Of a stretch of 64,000 bases of DNA, positions 63,918-64,000 are shown one piece after another. The translations under genes and the position numbers were made by a program. Every line of letters begins with the position of its first letter. Position 1 is the stretch's first letter. The notes under the pieces were generated by a model that did no database searches, was not told the DNA's origin, and worked only from the letters and a program-made list of their open reading frames with translations. The stretch is from an uncultured Clostridia bacterium (GTDB taxonomy: Bacteria > Bacillota > Clostridia > Oscillospirales > UMGS1783), in the NCBI GenBank assembly GCA_937991645.1, contig CALKPL010000038.1, positions 93,648-157,647 of the forward strand, read 5' to 3'.

Positions 63918-64000
63918 TCAAAACTCCTTTATCGTATTGAAAAAACAAGTGTGGTTTCCCGTGTGACAGGCGGGGCCCGTCTGTTCGACAGTGACGAGCA
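63918..64000 (-). CDS. hisI: Phosphoribosyl-AMP cyclohydrolase, C-terminal end (partial at window edge)
   Basis: The minus frame reads ..LVTVEQTGPACHTGNHTCFFNTIKEF*. The stop lies 3 nt before the hisE ATG. Confidence 0.7.
   Translation of the reverse strand, partial: LVTVEQTGPACHTGNHTCFFNTIKEF

Overview
This looks like a chromosomal segment of a Gram-positive, Clostridia-like anaerobe. That is my inference from the protein families, the (S/P)PxTG-like sorting signals and a SigI/RsgI pair. By eye the base composition is mosaic. GC-rich blocks lie at about 4.2-11.6 kb, 25-47 kb and 53-64 kb. AT-richer islands lie at 1-4.1 kb, 12.4-25 kb and 47.7-53.1 kb; they carry mobile-element cargo genes (DUF3560-like, YodL-like), gene fragments and a 5'-truncated large serine recombinase. 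Main content: (i) a sortase-anchored multi-domain 5'-nucleotidase next to a truncated essC remnant. (ii) A run of four surface-protein genes at 25.0-32.2 kb with shared signal-peptide, anchor and intergenic cassettes and a 6 x 210-bp in-frame tandem array. (iii) Directly upstream on the same strand, an 11-gene phospho-signalling locus at 32.2-42.6 kb: Zn-ribbon-FHA, membrane PP2C, protease-TM-FHA fusion, two paralogous Zn-ribbon Ser/Thr kinases, three DUF3592-like proteins and small unknowns. I do not recognise this locus as a described system, and it is my top candidate. (iv) A thrice-repeated intergenic element with a 16-bp palindrome around two inverted lipoprotein paralogues and a membrane LuxR-type regulator. 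(v) A SigI/RsgI pair followed by a PepSY lipoprotein and a VTC / DUF4956 / CotH trio. (vi) Housekeeping genes at the right edge (dGTPase-like HD protein, PNPOx-like protein, argF, hisE, hisI). I saw no rRNA, tRNA, CRISPR array or reverse transcriptase. All functional calls are from motif reading by eye, with no searches run.
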